Shown: positions 50,901 through 64,000, counted from the first letter of the stretch. The stretch: 64,000 nucleotides of DNA from Azolla caroliniana (GCA_043228905.1 JBHGNT010000002.1:12152001-12216000); one strand, 5' to 3'. The notes: generated by a model not told the origin, from the sequence alone. Translations and numbers: made by a program.

Positions 50901-51920
50901 TCGTTGCTGAACCGCGCCCTTGAAAGCATATCGGCCATGGCATTATCCTTTCCGGAGATGTGTCGTATCTCCGGGTTCAGGGACTTGATGTACGCGATCC
51001 ACCTGAGCATCGCCAGGTCCGGAGTTGCGCATCCGGAAACCATACCAAGAATTAGTAGGCAGTCTATCTCGATGATCACTTCCATCCCGATCAGATAGTC
51101 CTTGTCGGCCTTGATTGCCGAAACGATACCCCATAGCTCGCGCTTAATTTGGGCGTATCCTCGCTGCCGCTCGCTCAATACCTTTGCCCCGAACCAGATC
51201 GGGAATCGTACGCCGTCCTCGTCTTTCTAATTGATCACCCACCTGATCCCGGTCGGGCTCGTATCCACCGTCACGTAAATGGGGACTTCCTTGCCGTAAA
51301 CCACTTTCTGGAAAGCCGGTGCCGCGGCGAGGGCCTCCTTTAGTCTCCGGACCGACTCTGTGTGCTCCGTCCTCCGTTTGAACCAGCACCCTTTCTTTAA
51401 TAACCCGTAAAGTGGTTTCGCGACATGCACGTAGTGCGGAATCTAGATGTGATAGAACGCACATGCCCATAGGATCCTTCGGACCTCCGTCACCGACCCG
51501 CATTCATCCTTCATCGTGAGATGGCTTCTATCTTCGCCGGGGACGGCTTCCGGCCGTAAGGCCCGCACAGGTGTCCGACTACTACGATCTTCGGCTGTCC
51601 GAAGGCTGATTTTTCTCCAGAGAAGGTGAGTTGCGCGCTCTCGAGTCTTTGTAGCACCTTCTCGTAGTTGCGGATGTGATCCGTCATGAACCTCCGGCAA
51701 CTGTCGGGCCCGACCGACTCATCCTTGTCCTCCACCGGACATCCTTTGATCTGGATGTTGTCCAGAAACGACATGGTGATGTCCGAGATGCAGTCCCTCA
51801 ACACCTTGTTCATCGCATTCACCATGTGCGCCTCCGAGTTCGTTCTCCCTTGCGGTCGGGTACACATCTGAACTAGGCCGAGAGGAGTCCGCATCGTCGT
51901 GACATCCTTGCTCTCTACGG

Positions 51921-53039
51921 TGTCGTGAAGATTTTCGGCAATGGTGTGAAAATCACATAAAATGTACAAAATCGAGTATGAATCACATAAAACAATAATA
52001 GCGAAGATAACATTTTAAATAACTTTAATATCTAAGTACAAAATGATGGAGGTCTTCAAGAACTTTCGACTGCACTTTATTACACGAGAAACAGATAACT
52101 AGATGTCAAGATATGAGGGTATAAAATTTGTGAAAGGAAAAGAGAAAATTGTGAGATATCCCACATAGGCACGACAAATACGACTCTCATCATATATAAG
52201 GTAGAGCAAAAGTTATTATCTTTGTGTTTATGTGTGGAGCATAGAGAGTTCAAGGTAACTTGAACTAAGAGTGGAGGTGGCCTAGCTACTTGTAAAGGTT
52301 TTGGCCAACCAAAACCGGACCGGTGATGGAGCCGGTGATCCGGCGGTAGCCGGCAAAGCGACGATGGCACACCGGCAATCGGTGATCCGGCGAGGCGACG
52401 ATATCCACCGGTAACCGACGGCATTCGGCGAACTGACATCCGACGACTAGATAAATAAATATATAAATATATATATATACAAGTACGGTAAGTAAGGATT
52501 CGAACCTTGCACCTCCAAGTTAGGAGTCAATTGACTTACCACTAAGCCAAGATATTTAGTTGAAATTATATTTCTATCATTGTACTTTTATATTAAAATT
52601 ATCATACATGAGAGCTAAAATGAGTGACATGGTTATCATGCACCACATGTAATACATGAGCGCCAAATGGCAAACATGCATTTTATGCATGTCTTGAACC
52701 CTCAAATGCATGAGGGCATCTATAAAAGAGGGAATGAAAAAGATCAAAGGGGGATTTTTCTGGCAAAAAAAAGAAAGCTTTGTACTTTAAATCAAAATTA
52801 ATATTAAGAAGAAAATTCGTTATCCTTTTGAGGAATACCTTGTTCTTTAAATCTAAAGTCAAGAGTTCTCAATCTCTCTCTCAATCTAAAATCAGGCGTT
52901 CTATCTTATCTCAATCTCTCTCTTTCAATCTATCTTAATTCCTTTCCCGCTAAAGCTTGGTGCGAACTTTGATACTTCCGGTCCAGAACCCCGGCGGTTC
53001 CGCCTTGTGATCCGCGCCTAGTGACGGATCTTCACGACA
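51921..53039 (+). mobile_element. Solo LTR with 12-bp terminal inverted repeat and 4-bp TSD ACGG
   Basis: ACGG|TGTCGTGAAGAT...ATCTTCACGACA|ACGG; interrupts RT. Confidence 0.9.
52496..52549 (-). other. tRNA-derived A/B-box unit inside the solo LTR
   Basis: TGGCTTAGTGG...GGTTCGAATCC, both consensus boxes. Confidence 0.7.
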
Positions 53040-55120
53040 ACGGTTAGTTGGAACTGATCGTACCCTGAGTACAGATCCCCGACCGAGCAGATCGACCTCC
53101 CTACGAAGGCCTCCGCGAACTCATCAATGGTTTGTCCGATACCGGCGTTTCGAATGGTCACCTTGTTGACCGGCTGCAGGTCCTGTATCAAGCGCAGTGT
53201 GCCGTTCTTCTTTGGCACAGTAAACCACTGATTCGAATGTGGGGCACTCGACGGTTCGAGGATGCCCATCTCCACCTTTTGTTTCAACAACTCCATCAGC
53301 TCCGGAATGTGAGCTCTAGGCACCGGAATCGGTTTGAGATTCCACGGTACGTGCGGTACCGTGAAGATCACCATCGGTTCTACGATCGTCGGGTCTACGC
53401 ACCCGATCTCCTCCGGTGAGAATGCGAAGGCTTTCCCGTGCCTTCCGAGCATTCTCCGAAACTGGTCCTCCTCCGCAGGTAGTAGAAACCCACCCCCACC
53501 AACCTTGAGCTCCCGTAGCGTTATGTCAGTGAACCGGTGTCCTATGCCGGCCGGATTCTGTAGACTTGGGTCTGACACGACCCCCCTTATACGCTTCTTG
53601 TTGCCCTCTGGCAAGGGTGTCGTGACGGGCCTCATCTTCTAGTCCACAGTCTTGTACTTCGCCCTTATGCAGGCCGTCCGATCCGACCTGATCCCTTCCC
53701 CAAAGTCTGCGATGACTTCGTACATTTCCACTGAGCTGACCGGAATCATCCGGTCTCCGCTAAGGCCCTCATCGACTACACCGCATAGCTCTCCCAAGGT
53801 GTCATCAAACGAGACTGCCTCCACGGCGCTGCTAATTTCTTCATCGGGGTGGAGATCCCGGCATGACCTGAGCCGCTCCTCCACCTTCTTCTTCTCCCTA
53901 CTACTGATGCCCGTTAATGTACAACCTCCGTTGTCGGAGAGCCAAAATTTCCTACCTATGGTACAGGTGTGGGGTTCCTCCGACGCGTTCGGACTATTGT
54001 GGCCCCACGCCTTGATAGCCCTCTTTAAAAATCCCCTCGGCTGTCGCCGCCGAGAGTCTCATGGTTACGCTCATGATTTGGTCTCACGGTTAGAAATTGG
54101 ATGGAGTGTCGTTCGTCTTGACTCTTCACGCGCGCGTATGCCGAGCAGTTGTCGAGCACCTATGTTTCTTAGTGCCACTACTGGCTCTTGCACATCTCCG
54201 ACCCGGATAGGGGTCTCGATAGTGGCTCTGGCCCAATGTAATTTAGAATAATGGCTTTCCGCCAACTCGTCCTTTAAGGCCGCATCCTCTAAGTGCGTAG
54301 TCCGCACCTCTACGGGCTTCTCCGGTTCCGGTTCCGCGGAGAGCCTTTTGCGCTTCACCAAGTTCACAATGGATTCGTGGAACTCCTTCTTGGCGATTCC
54401 AAGCACCTCCCTCAGTGACAACTCCACCTTGCTGTCGAGGATCCGCTCTCAGAGGACCTTCCGCAGGTCTGTCGTTCTTTCTATCTCGTTGCTCAATCGG
54501 TACCTAGCAGGCTTGGCCTTGTCCGGTATCCCGGAATGTCGACCCGGTGACTTCTCGGATCCGTTGCTCCGCGCGGTTCGCTTCTTCCTTCTTCAACCGG
54601 ACTCCGGAGAGGCCTTCCAGCACTAGTGGCCAGAACCCGGAGTAGCTTGCCTTCTCTCGTTCATTGTCCCCGACCCGGATTCCTACCGATGCCGCATAAT
54701 TCACGGCCTTACTGTGTCGCGTGGCAGCCTCTTCCATAAGAATCTTCATTCCACCACGCCCGATATTCACTTCTAGGGCTCTTCGAGTCTCGCTGGAGTG
54801 CACCCGACCACCCCAGAGGTACACCATGTTAGTTCTAAGCGCATTTGCGAAATCCGCGCAGTCTCTTCGGGCATGGACGAATGCGTCGCACCATATGCAT
54901 CGCTGCCTTGCCGGTGGCCTTCGGTCGCAAGATTGGTCGCTGGTGTCCCGTCGTGTCTGCACGATCTGGAGGTCGCGCACCATTTGTGTCAATTCTTCTA
55001 GTGTCGCCCCTCCGGAGGGACCTTTGACCACGCCGCTTGACGCCGACCCCGTCTCAAGCGAGTTTCAGGTTTCTTCTTTTCGTGTCGGCGAAGGCTCCTC
55101 GAACTGCCTTGACGGGACGA

Positions 55121-56686
55121 TGTCGTATGTGGCGTGCCGAGAGTGGGAAAAACCAGCGAAAGGGGGGTGTCAAAAATGTGCATGTGCAATGTGTGTTCAC
55201 ACAAAAGCGATTAATTGTGCATATGCAAAATAAAAAAAGAAAAGAAAGGGTGAAAAGGAGGTATAGAAGCTCGTGCAAAAAGTAAGAGAGAGGAGAGATA
55301 AAAGGTAGAGGGGAGACATGCTATGAATTTATAGAGATAGAATTATATAAGAGAGAGTTTGTGGGCTAGTGGATGGTCACATTGACTACTAGCTAGAGGT
55401 GCATGGTTCGAATTTGGACTTACAATGCAACGTGATTTAAGGAATTTTATTCCTTTTTCATTGAAGACAAATTTGGCGACCCCCCCTTCTTTTTTTCCTA
55501 TAAAAGGAGGTTGAGGGGGGTTCATTCGGGAGGGTTTTGGGAGGAGGAGACTATTGCCAATTTTCCTTCGAAGCTCTTCATCTCCTTATTCACCACTTCT
55601 CTTCATCTCATACCCCTTCATCCCCCCATCGCCACGTGCTCGTCTTCTTTGCGTCGGTACTCGAAGTGCTCATGAGCCCAAGCTTCGTTGGTTCGACGTT
55701 GCTCCGCCCCGTTTGTCGTTGTGAGCCCGTGTGCTCGTCGTTCGGGTGTTCGTGGTTTGTTGGGATTGGCATTTTGGTTGTGCTCATGTGTTCATCTTCA
55801 CCGTTTTTGGATTTGCTTTTGTCTCTAAGGGCATTTAATATTTATGTTTTGATTGAGCTTGTGGTTAACTATAATTTGCCATTGTAAACAAAACCCTATT
55901 TTATAAAGGGTCCTCTTGCGTTGGAATCGAACACGTATTTATCTCTTTGGTCGATATCATTCATGTTTCTTTCTCTCCTTCTTTCTTTATTCGTGTCTTC
56001 CTTGTACGTTCGGCCGTCTTGTGACGAGGGGACCGTTTGGGCTTGCCCATGCACCTCTCCTCCTCATAAAGGTGTACGAGCATTTTGTGCGTGTGTTTGT
56101 GTCTTTCTTGTACGTTCGCCCATCTTGTGACGAGGGGACCATTTGGGCTTGCCCATGCACCTCTCCTCCTCATAAAGGCATACAAGCATTTGTGTGTGTG
56201 CTTGTGTCTTCTTTGTACGTTCGGCCATCTTGTGACAAGGGGACCGTTTGGGCTTGCCCATGCACCTCCCCTCCTCATAAAGGTGTACGAGCATTTGTGT
56301 GTGTGTTTGTGTCTTCCTTGTATGTTCGGTCGTCCTGTGACGAGGGAGCGTTTCGGGCGTGCCCATGCACCTCTCCTCCTCATAAAGACCTATGGACATT
56401 CGTGTTTGTGTTATCGTCCCCTTGTGCGTTCATGTTGTGTGCTCATCTTGCTTGTACCCATTTGGTCACTTGGCTCTTGCGGTGATCTCGGAAGGTCGAC
56501 GAGTCGTGATCAATGAGAGCCACGGGCCTCACAAAATAAAGGGCAATGAGACCTTGCTCGGGAAGGGGTCGAGAAGTAGTATTGTCGTAAAGAAAACCTC
56601 GAGTCTTCTCTATCCCTTGAGTACTCCCTAGTCCAAGACCCCCGTGGTCCCGCCCAAGTAACACACGTGTGCGAAACTTCGCGACA
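55121..56686 (+). mobile_element. Solo LTR, 4-bp TSD ACGA/ACGG
   Basis: TGTCG...CGACA; U5 motif CCCCGTGGTCCCGCC shared with 35210-35230; interrupts gag. Confidence 0.85.
55994..56400. repeat. About 105-bp tandem repeat x4
   Basis: TGTGACGAGGGGACCGTTTGGGCTTGCCCATGCACCTCTCCTCCTCATAAAG units. Confidence 0.92.
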
Positions 56687-58724
56687 ACGGGCCTTGCTGT
56701 CAATGACCCTTCATCACTCCATTCCTTCCGTTTGTCGAAACGGCTACAGACTCCTTTAACCACGGCCTAGTAAGTTGTGAGCCCTTCATCGGTCTCCAAC
56801 AAGAGACCTACCTTCTCTCTGTCCAATGCGTCAACCGCTTTGACGAACAGTAGTACCCGGCTCGTATCGAGCACGACTGGTCTAACACTGACAACCGCGC
56901 GAACCGCGTTTCGAATTCCCAGAGGAGCACCAATGTGCTCCTCCCCTTCCCAAGGCTTTTGACACATGCCATGAAGTCCCGCTTCGACAGTTGAAGCAAG
57001 TCATCGAACCCATACTTTTCGAAGAGCGGCTCCCCGAAAACCTCCCACATCTGGCATCCAGCTAGCACCTCGAGCAGCTCTGCATGGATGCTCGGCGTCA
57101 CCACTCGAGGGAATCCGGATAGCCGCCTGTCTTCAGGGATGTCTCTCATGATCATCTCGGCCCGATAGGACTCCAAATAGCTCATGGCGTTCTTACCAGC
57201 AAATCGGCCTATGGTGCCGACGATCGATTCTATGGCTTTGTCGAGGGTACCTGTTCCCTCACGAGCGCTCACTAGCCGGTCAACGGTTACTACCATAGCT
57301 TCAGCAAGCTCAGTTCCCCTCATCTTCAACTCCTTTTCCGCCTCCTTCATGTCGGGTTCAACAAATATGTCGTGTTACTACACTTTCACGGGTGAAATGA
57401 GACGGGACCGCGGGGGCCCTGAACCAAGGAGCGTGAGAGAGGAGAGAGAGAGCATTTTGCTGAACACAATGAAAGAGAGAGAGAGAAAACAGAACAATTC
57501 GATTATAACACCAATAACGATTACAACTGGCACACCGGCAACAGACCCAACACGGGAGTCCACCCACAGAAACGCGAAGGGAGAGCCTCTGATGGAAGCG
57601 CACGGGCTGTCCACGAAGCAGAGTCGACGATCTCCAAAGAGAATGACAACCGAAGGAGGAGAGAGAGAGCTCGGTACACGGTCCGACAACACTTCGTCCT
57701 TGCTAACACACGATGGTTCTGTTCTTCCTTCTGTTCTTCCTTATATAGGTCGTTGGGGGGAGTCCGTTCTCCTTCAATCACAGTCACATTACTTTATTCT
57801 CTGTCCCTTCGAACAGAGATACGCATTGATTTCCTAATAAATGTGTCGCACCTAGTATATTTACATCAGCTGCCCTACACATAATTACGTACAAGTTATC
57901 AATTCACACGCCCACACATGGAAGGGTCGGTTCGTGCATGGTTTCTTTCGTTTCCCCCTAGGGACGGTTTTCTCCACGACACCATATGGCTCAAGCGCAT
58001 ATTGAAGGATCTGGGCGTTCCCATTACGAATCCAATTCGCCTCTTCTGTGACAACATGAGCAGCATATGCCTCGCTCGAAACCCCGTCTTCCACGTACGG
58101 ACTAAACAAATCGAAGTGCACTACCACTTCATCCACGAGCGCATACAGGCTGAAGATATCGATCTACAACATATTAGTACGCATCTCCAAATTGCTGATA
58201 TTTTTACGAAGGCCTTAGGAGTCGACAAGCTCGGACGATTCGCATCAGACCTTGGTCTCACGACATCCACATTGCCGAGTTTGAGGGGGAGTATTACAGG
58301 CGACATGGACTTAACACAGAATGATACGCCACATGCAATGATACGTGAGTACGCAACACATAGTTAATCGAATCGAGCATGAAGCCGAAAAGCCGAACAA
58401 TCTAGTTCGAGGATTACGAATGCTAGAAGCCGGATTCTGAAGAGTGAACTGAAACAACTTTTCAACAGATGGATGTTGTGTTCGAAGGGGCGTGTTGAGA
58501 GTCGAACTCAACTTCCCATAGAGATAGGTTTCACACTAGCTCATGGACAACCCAGGCTAGTCTTGTAAATAGTAGAAAGGGCCCTTGCCCTAGTTTAGTT
58601 GGTATTTAACTCGACCCCTTGTAACTTAGTTACTGTTGGAAGTATTTTGGTTAATGTAACATACAATCTTTTATCTCTATCTTAAGCCCTCTCTCTCTCT
58701 CTCTCTCTCTGTTTTGGCTTATGT

Positions 58725-58756
<32 letters not shown>

Positions 58757-58795
58757 TCCGCTGCATCGCAGCCATTCTTGCTCCTCATTTCTTTA

Positions 58796-61700
58796 GATAG
58801 TTATTTTGTGATTTCGGAATATAATTGTGCTGTCTTTCTGAAACCACGTGTCTATTCTAATATTATGTCTATGTGTGTGTGGTAAATAAGCATGTTTGCG
58901 TAAAGAGACCGGTGCAAAGGAGCTCGGTTGCAGACATCTCTTGTACAACACTCCTTCCCTCGCTTATACCCCGACGACATAAAAATTAGGAACCGTAAAC
59001 CGGTCTAGGCCGTTTACGCTCTCCATTCCTTATACCACAATCTTTTTGAGCTGTACCCCAAAGTACTGAGGGTAGGCCGTGTTAATCCTAAACGGTAACA
59101 CTTTTGGTACACCTGGTGGTCTATGATTCTCACAACCAAACAATAGGGAATGGATGTCTAGCCATCGACCCACCAGGGAACCAATTCGTTAGGATTGACT
59201 GCAGAATCGGTCCATAGCCCGAAAGGCGGAAGAACGCGCTACACGAAAACTACGCCTCAACGACTACTTTTCGACTCTCTCAGAGTATAAGCTAGAATCG
59301 ACGCTCACCGAACAAAGCGGCACTAAGCAGGAGGTCCTATCTTCACTTGAATAGTATAGTGAAACCACCACATCACAGACCCTCCACACCGCGTCAGCAA
59401 TACTTACCCAAGCACTAGCCTATCGACCGGAATGGCTTTCTCATACCCTCGCTTCAATGTAGATACTAACATGCAGGGCCACGCTCGGTCGTTCCTAATT
59501 TTTTGGAACGCGAACCATATGCCACAACGGCTTCCGGAAGCTGAAGCCGACACATCCAAAATCACAGAGTTTGGCTTAACCTTGGATGGGCGTGCTGCCC
59601 GTTGGCATTACCAGCTCGACATTACGTCGTTCGTCTCATTCGACCAACTCCAATCGTCTTTTTTATGCTTCTTTGACCAAAGTATTCCGTAACACGAGGT
59701 TATGGAACAGTTCTATACAATTAAACAACTACCGCAATAGTTTGTGGTTGATTTCAGCCTGTAGTTTTAAAGCTTACGACACCAACTAATAACAGCTCCG
59801 ATGGAGGACGAAGCTAAATAAAGATTTTTGGTGGCACTGCGTCGACCCTTCTAGACACCGTTAAATATGCACAATTTCACGGGCCAAACGGCGGACACAG
59901 TTATAGAACGGTCCCTACCACTCGAGTTAGAACATGAGGATGATGGGATGTCTATGACATCGCTGCATCAAGCGTTACCTAGAGACGAGGAGTACCGCTT
60001 CCGGCAAGCCATTCAGTGCACAATCTACTTGAACTCAGGGCATTCCGCGGTGGATTGCAACATGCGAATCCACTGCACTATTTGTCATTCACGGGCGCAA
60101 ACAGTGGATCAATGCGAATATAACATGTTAAATTGGCCCACACCATCAGTCCGCCGTATGGAGCTTCAACGGACTAATCGCCACAATGACCAAGGTCGAC
60201 AGGAGGAGCATTATTGAAATACACATCGTAATCATTGTCCGGGTTGGCTGAACCATCTTTGCCGCAACAATGATTCGTATTCGGATGAAGAAGAGCCAGA
60301 AGAAGAGGAATACTGAGCAATGACCGTTACAATCCTTGGGGAGGGCATCGCTACGATAACCGCCGTTCCACCAACAATGGCGGCGGCCAGGAGGAGCCAC
60401 ACTCGTATGGAGGAAATCGCCAATCGCGAAATCAGCGGCTCCACGACGAAAGTTCGGAGGAAGAATGGCGTCAGGATAATCGTCATGAGTATCACTAGAA
60501 GGCCCGTAACAATAGGCAGTTTTAGCGATCTCAGGAAGAATAGACGACAGCTTTGGAGCCGGTGGCACCCCCAATTATCGAAAAAGGTGAGTCCGGTATC
60601 CATTGTTTTATTTGTCAACAGCCAGGCTATTACACGACTCAATGCCCACACCGCGATAAGGGAAAAGGGCTAGCGGTGAACACAATCATGTCTGAAGTCC
60701 AACAAGTTACAACCCGCAGCAAGGCGAAAACCACATACTAGGCAGAGCAAAACAAGATCCGCAAAGCTGCAAAAGCTTGGGTAGAGAATGCAAATGAAGC
60801 CAATGTGGAATGCATGCGACAAGAATCCGGGCACATCGCCACCTTTGACCAAGAGACGACATTAGCGCCGGATCCGATATGGCAAGCACTTGCCAATTGT
60901 GAAATCATGCTAACAACAGACAAATTATTAAATCTAGTCCCTCGGTTAGGACAGACTGTGGAAACCCGAATACGGGGCACAAACAAAATAGAAATTCCGA
61001 CGAATTTTATGGAGTCTAACACAGGCCCAATCGTGGTTGATCATTATAATCCATCCATCAAGGTGGTGCTTCAAGGGCAGGAAATCACGGGTTGCATTAT
61101 CAATGGTGGCTCTGGGGTTAACGTCATTAGTAAGGTCACGTGTAACCGCCTCGGCATTACGGAATGGGAAGCCTAACCATTTTGGCTCCGAATAGCGGAT
61201 ACTCGTTCTGTCAAACCATTGGGGTTGGTCCGGGAATTAAGGATCGTAATCGACGGCCATGCCTTTGAAATTACCATTGTTGTTTTGGCTCTGGACGCTC
61301 TAGGGGCGTATCCTATCTTGTTAGGACGACCATGGTTACAATCAACTAATATCAACCAGAACTGGTAGTACAACTGCATTAGCTTTGGGTGAGGTTGAGC
61401 CAAGGTCGAGGTGCTGAAGCAGGAAACCACCTCACCCACAAAAGCGATAATGCCAATTTACGCGGAAGAAATTAACATGTTGGAAGGGCTGGATGACACA
61501 GAACTCGAAGCAAATCTGGAAAAAAATCTGTGGATCTTGCCACTGCTCGAAATAGATATCTTTGAGACCGCTAACGAGTACGTAGCGGTGGCTACACCGA
61601 ACGGGGAGGAGCACGAACCAGATCCCGAATCATTATTGGAGTTGAGCAAAGCACAGGAGGCATTTGAGGGAGAAATGGAGATCTCGCTAAGAGTCACACC

Positions 61701-62400
61701 GTTGACTATGGAAGAAATCAATGTAGGGTCAGTTGAGGCACCATGACCGTTGTCGATAGCAAAGAACCTGACATCTACTGAGAAAACTGCAATGACCGAC
61801 CCACTACGAGAATATAAACCTAAGATGTGTTTGCATGGTCACATGATGATATGAATGAAGATAGATCCTAAATTTTACCAACATAAAATTAATCTAGCCA
61901 CGGATGCAAAACCAGTTCAGCAATGACGCTACCGCATGAATCCTAATTACACGGCACGCGTAAAGGAGGAAATTGATAACCTTTGAGAATTGGGTTTATT
62001 CGGCCAGTGAAGCAAGCAACATGGCTTAGCCCCATTGTAGTTGTACCAAAGAAAAATGGCAAAATCCGAGTTTGCGCCGACTACCGCAAGTTAAACGCCG
62101 TTACGATCACAGACGTATTTCCTTTGCCGTTTATGGATAGCGTACTCGACGCCGTTGCAGGTCATGAAGTGTACAATTTCCTAGATGGGTTTATCGCATA
62201 CAAGTAGATACGCATGCACCCGGATGATCAGGAGAAAACCACTTTCATAATAGACTAGGGCGTGTTTTTGGCCGTAGTAATGATGTTTGGATTAAAGACC
62301 GCCCCGACAACATTCCAACATGTCATCACCAAGATTTTTGACGACTTCATCCTTGCGTTCATGTAGGTTTTCCTCGATGACTTTGCGGTTTATGGAATGC
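58796..62400 (+). mobile_element. Heavily decayed non-chromovirus gypsy (same family as 41819): LTR end at 59100, gag, PR, RT
   Basis: FSYPRFN..; CIINGGSGVNVI; WLSPIVVVPKKNGKIRVCADYRKLN; FLDDF; PBS TGGTACACCTGGTGG (possibly tRNA-Arg). Confidence 0.85.
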
Positions 62401-62551
62401 AAGAACCCAAGATAGCATCAAGCATAATAAATAAGTTTGTCCTCATGTAATTAATGGGCTCCTTGATAATGTCATTCACGTATGTATTCCAAGCTACCCA
62501 TGCTACTTGATGGAGCAAAAACGATATAAGTGTTATAATCCTATAACAAAG

Positions 62552-64000
62552 TGTAAAAACGAAGGTGCGGAAACGTCAAACAAACCGGCTCAGCCGGATA
62601 GCAATAGACTCAGAGAGAGAGAATAGAAACACAGAGTGTACGCGGGACAGATAGAGAATGAGCAGAATGTTAAAAATCTATTACAAAACAATAATAGTTC
62701 TCCCTCACACAATACAACATGCTTCAACAACACTATTTATACAAGTCCTAAGAGGACTGACAGAAGTAAGGTGTACTTCAATGCTCACACAAGCGTCTGA
62801 CACTAACTATGAGTCATTTACTACCTAGCAATGTAGGCTTCTGGTTACTGCTGGATCCGGCTAACCAGCTCCCCAGCTCACCGGCTCACCGATCCGGCTC
62901 AAGCTTATTCAGCCGATCTGGATCCAGTTGAGGTTGCCGCTCAACATTCCCCCTCAAGCTCAACTTGAGTTGGATCGTAGTGTTAGTCTCCATGTCAGCC
63001 GGTCCTTCCACCCGGCTCCTTCTAGCGTCACTCCGCCTCGCTCGTGTTCCTCGTCCGGTCCGGTCCCGTTTGCCGCGACCCTTCTGATTCTACGCACGTC
63101 GACCTCCTCGGTTGTCTTGTCTGCTCAACAGGCCCAATTCAGCTCCCTCGCTGTTGTGACTTCAGCGCTTGCTGATTCGTCGATTCCTTCGTGTTGGCGT
63201 CAACTTTCGCTGCCTTCTTGTCCTCTTGGCCTTGAATTGATCCGGTACCTCCGAATCCATCTATTGAACCGAATCGGCTGTCTTTGATTCTTTCTAGCTC
63301 TTCTCCGAATCGGTCACACCCGATTCATCATCCGGTTCTAGGCGCTTTTCAACAACGGACCATGTCCGGGTCTTGGCCTTTGTCTTCTTGTTTCTCCCTT
63401 TGTCGGTTCTGGTGTCTTTTCTCCCTCTCAAGTGTGGCACGTCTAGATGCTGAACACCAAGCATTTCGGTGAAGTGTTGCAACTTGTCCGATACGAGTGG
63501 TTTGGTGACGATGTCGGCAATTTGCCGATCCGTATGAACATACCGAAGTTCAACTGCACCGCTCAGGACACGCTTACGCACGAAGTGGTAGTGCACTTCT
63601 ATGTGCTTCGTGGGAGCATGGAACACGGGGTTCTTGGTGAGCTGCATGCTACTTATGTTGTCGCAGTAGATCAAGATCGGGGTCGGCACCTCGATCCGCA
63701 GGTCTTGCAGTAGTCGCCAAAGCCAAATGGCTTCACAGGTGGCAACAATAGCGCCCTGATATTTAGCCTCAGTGCTCGAAAGGGCGATTGTTGGCTGCTT
63801 TTTGCTGCTCCACGCAACAGCCACGCTACCAAGGGAAAAAATATAGCCGGAGGTGGATCAGCAATCCGATGCATCACCAGCCCAGTCGGCATCAATGTAG
63901 CCGACTAGCTCTTTGGTTATACCATGCTGGTATAACAATCCCCAGTCCTTCGTGCCGCTCACATATCGTAAAATTCGATTCGCACACAGAAGGAGCTCCA
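62552..64000 (-). mobile_element. Ty1/copia 3' end: RNaseH, 3' extension, PPT, LTR about 62552-62946
   Basis: WSSKKQPTIALSSTEA..TKHIEVHYHFVR; LTR and 3' region related to 24765-26030. Confidence 0.88.

Larger units (their letters stand above)
48740..57981 (-). mobile_element. Second full-length Trp-PBS gypsy; LTRs 48740-49360 and 57368-57981; TSD CCGT/CCAT
   Basis: Paired LTRs; PBS 57347-57363; gag-pol homologous to 28892-34560; splits copia RNaseH (CE..|IWLKRIL). Confidence 0.92.
39640..58795 (+). mobile_element. Ty1/copia with LTRs 39640-39950 and 58493-58795, split by nested insertions
   Basis: PBS TGGTATCAGAGC at 39953; gag-PR-IN 40069-41780; RT-RH 47930-48739 and 57982-58290; LTRs highly similar but the TSD is unconvincing (CGTAG/GATAG). 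Confidence 0.78.

Noticed and set aside
55916-56516. Cys/His-rich repeated ORFs as a real gene
   Set aside because: They are a by-product of a 105-bp tandem repeat inside a solo LTR and are open in several frames on both strands.

Overview
Land-plant nuclear DNA; the TE families and gene style suggest a fern or other seed-free plant (inference). There is one intact host gene, an 11-exon minus-strand SF1/branchpoint-binding-protein-like KH gene (14669->7496, about 1051 aa, At3g32940-type termini). Almost everything else is nested, mostly decayed retroelements: several Ty1/copia families, chromovirus Ty3/gypsy pieces, a non-chromovirus gypsy family, one LINE remnant and many copies of an unusual GC-rich gypsy family. 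That family has a tRNA-Trp PBS, 4-bp CpG-centred target duplications [(A/C)CG(G/T)], a Gag-PR ORF ending at a G_GAU_UUU slippery site plus hairpin, and fungal Ylt1-like protein motifs. A second recurring signal is antisense tRNA-like Pol III A/B-box motifs in the U3 of unrelated LTR families; one of those LTRs also has a perfect heat-shock element. There are no CRISPR arrays, rRNA genes or convincing functional tRNA genes. All coordinates and alignments were read by eye, and family assignments come from remembered motifs, not searches.
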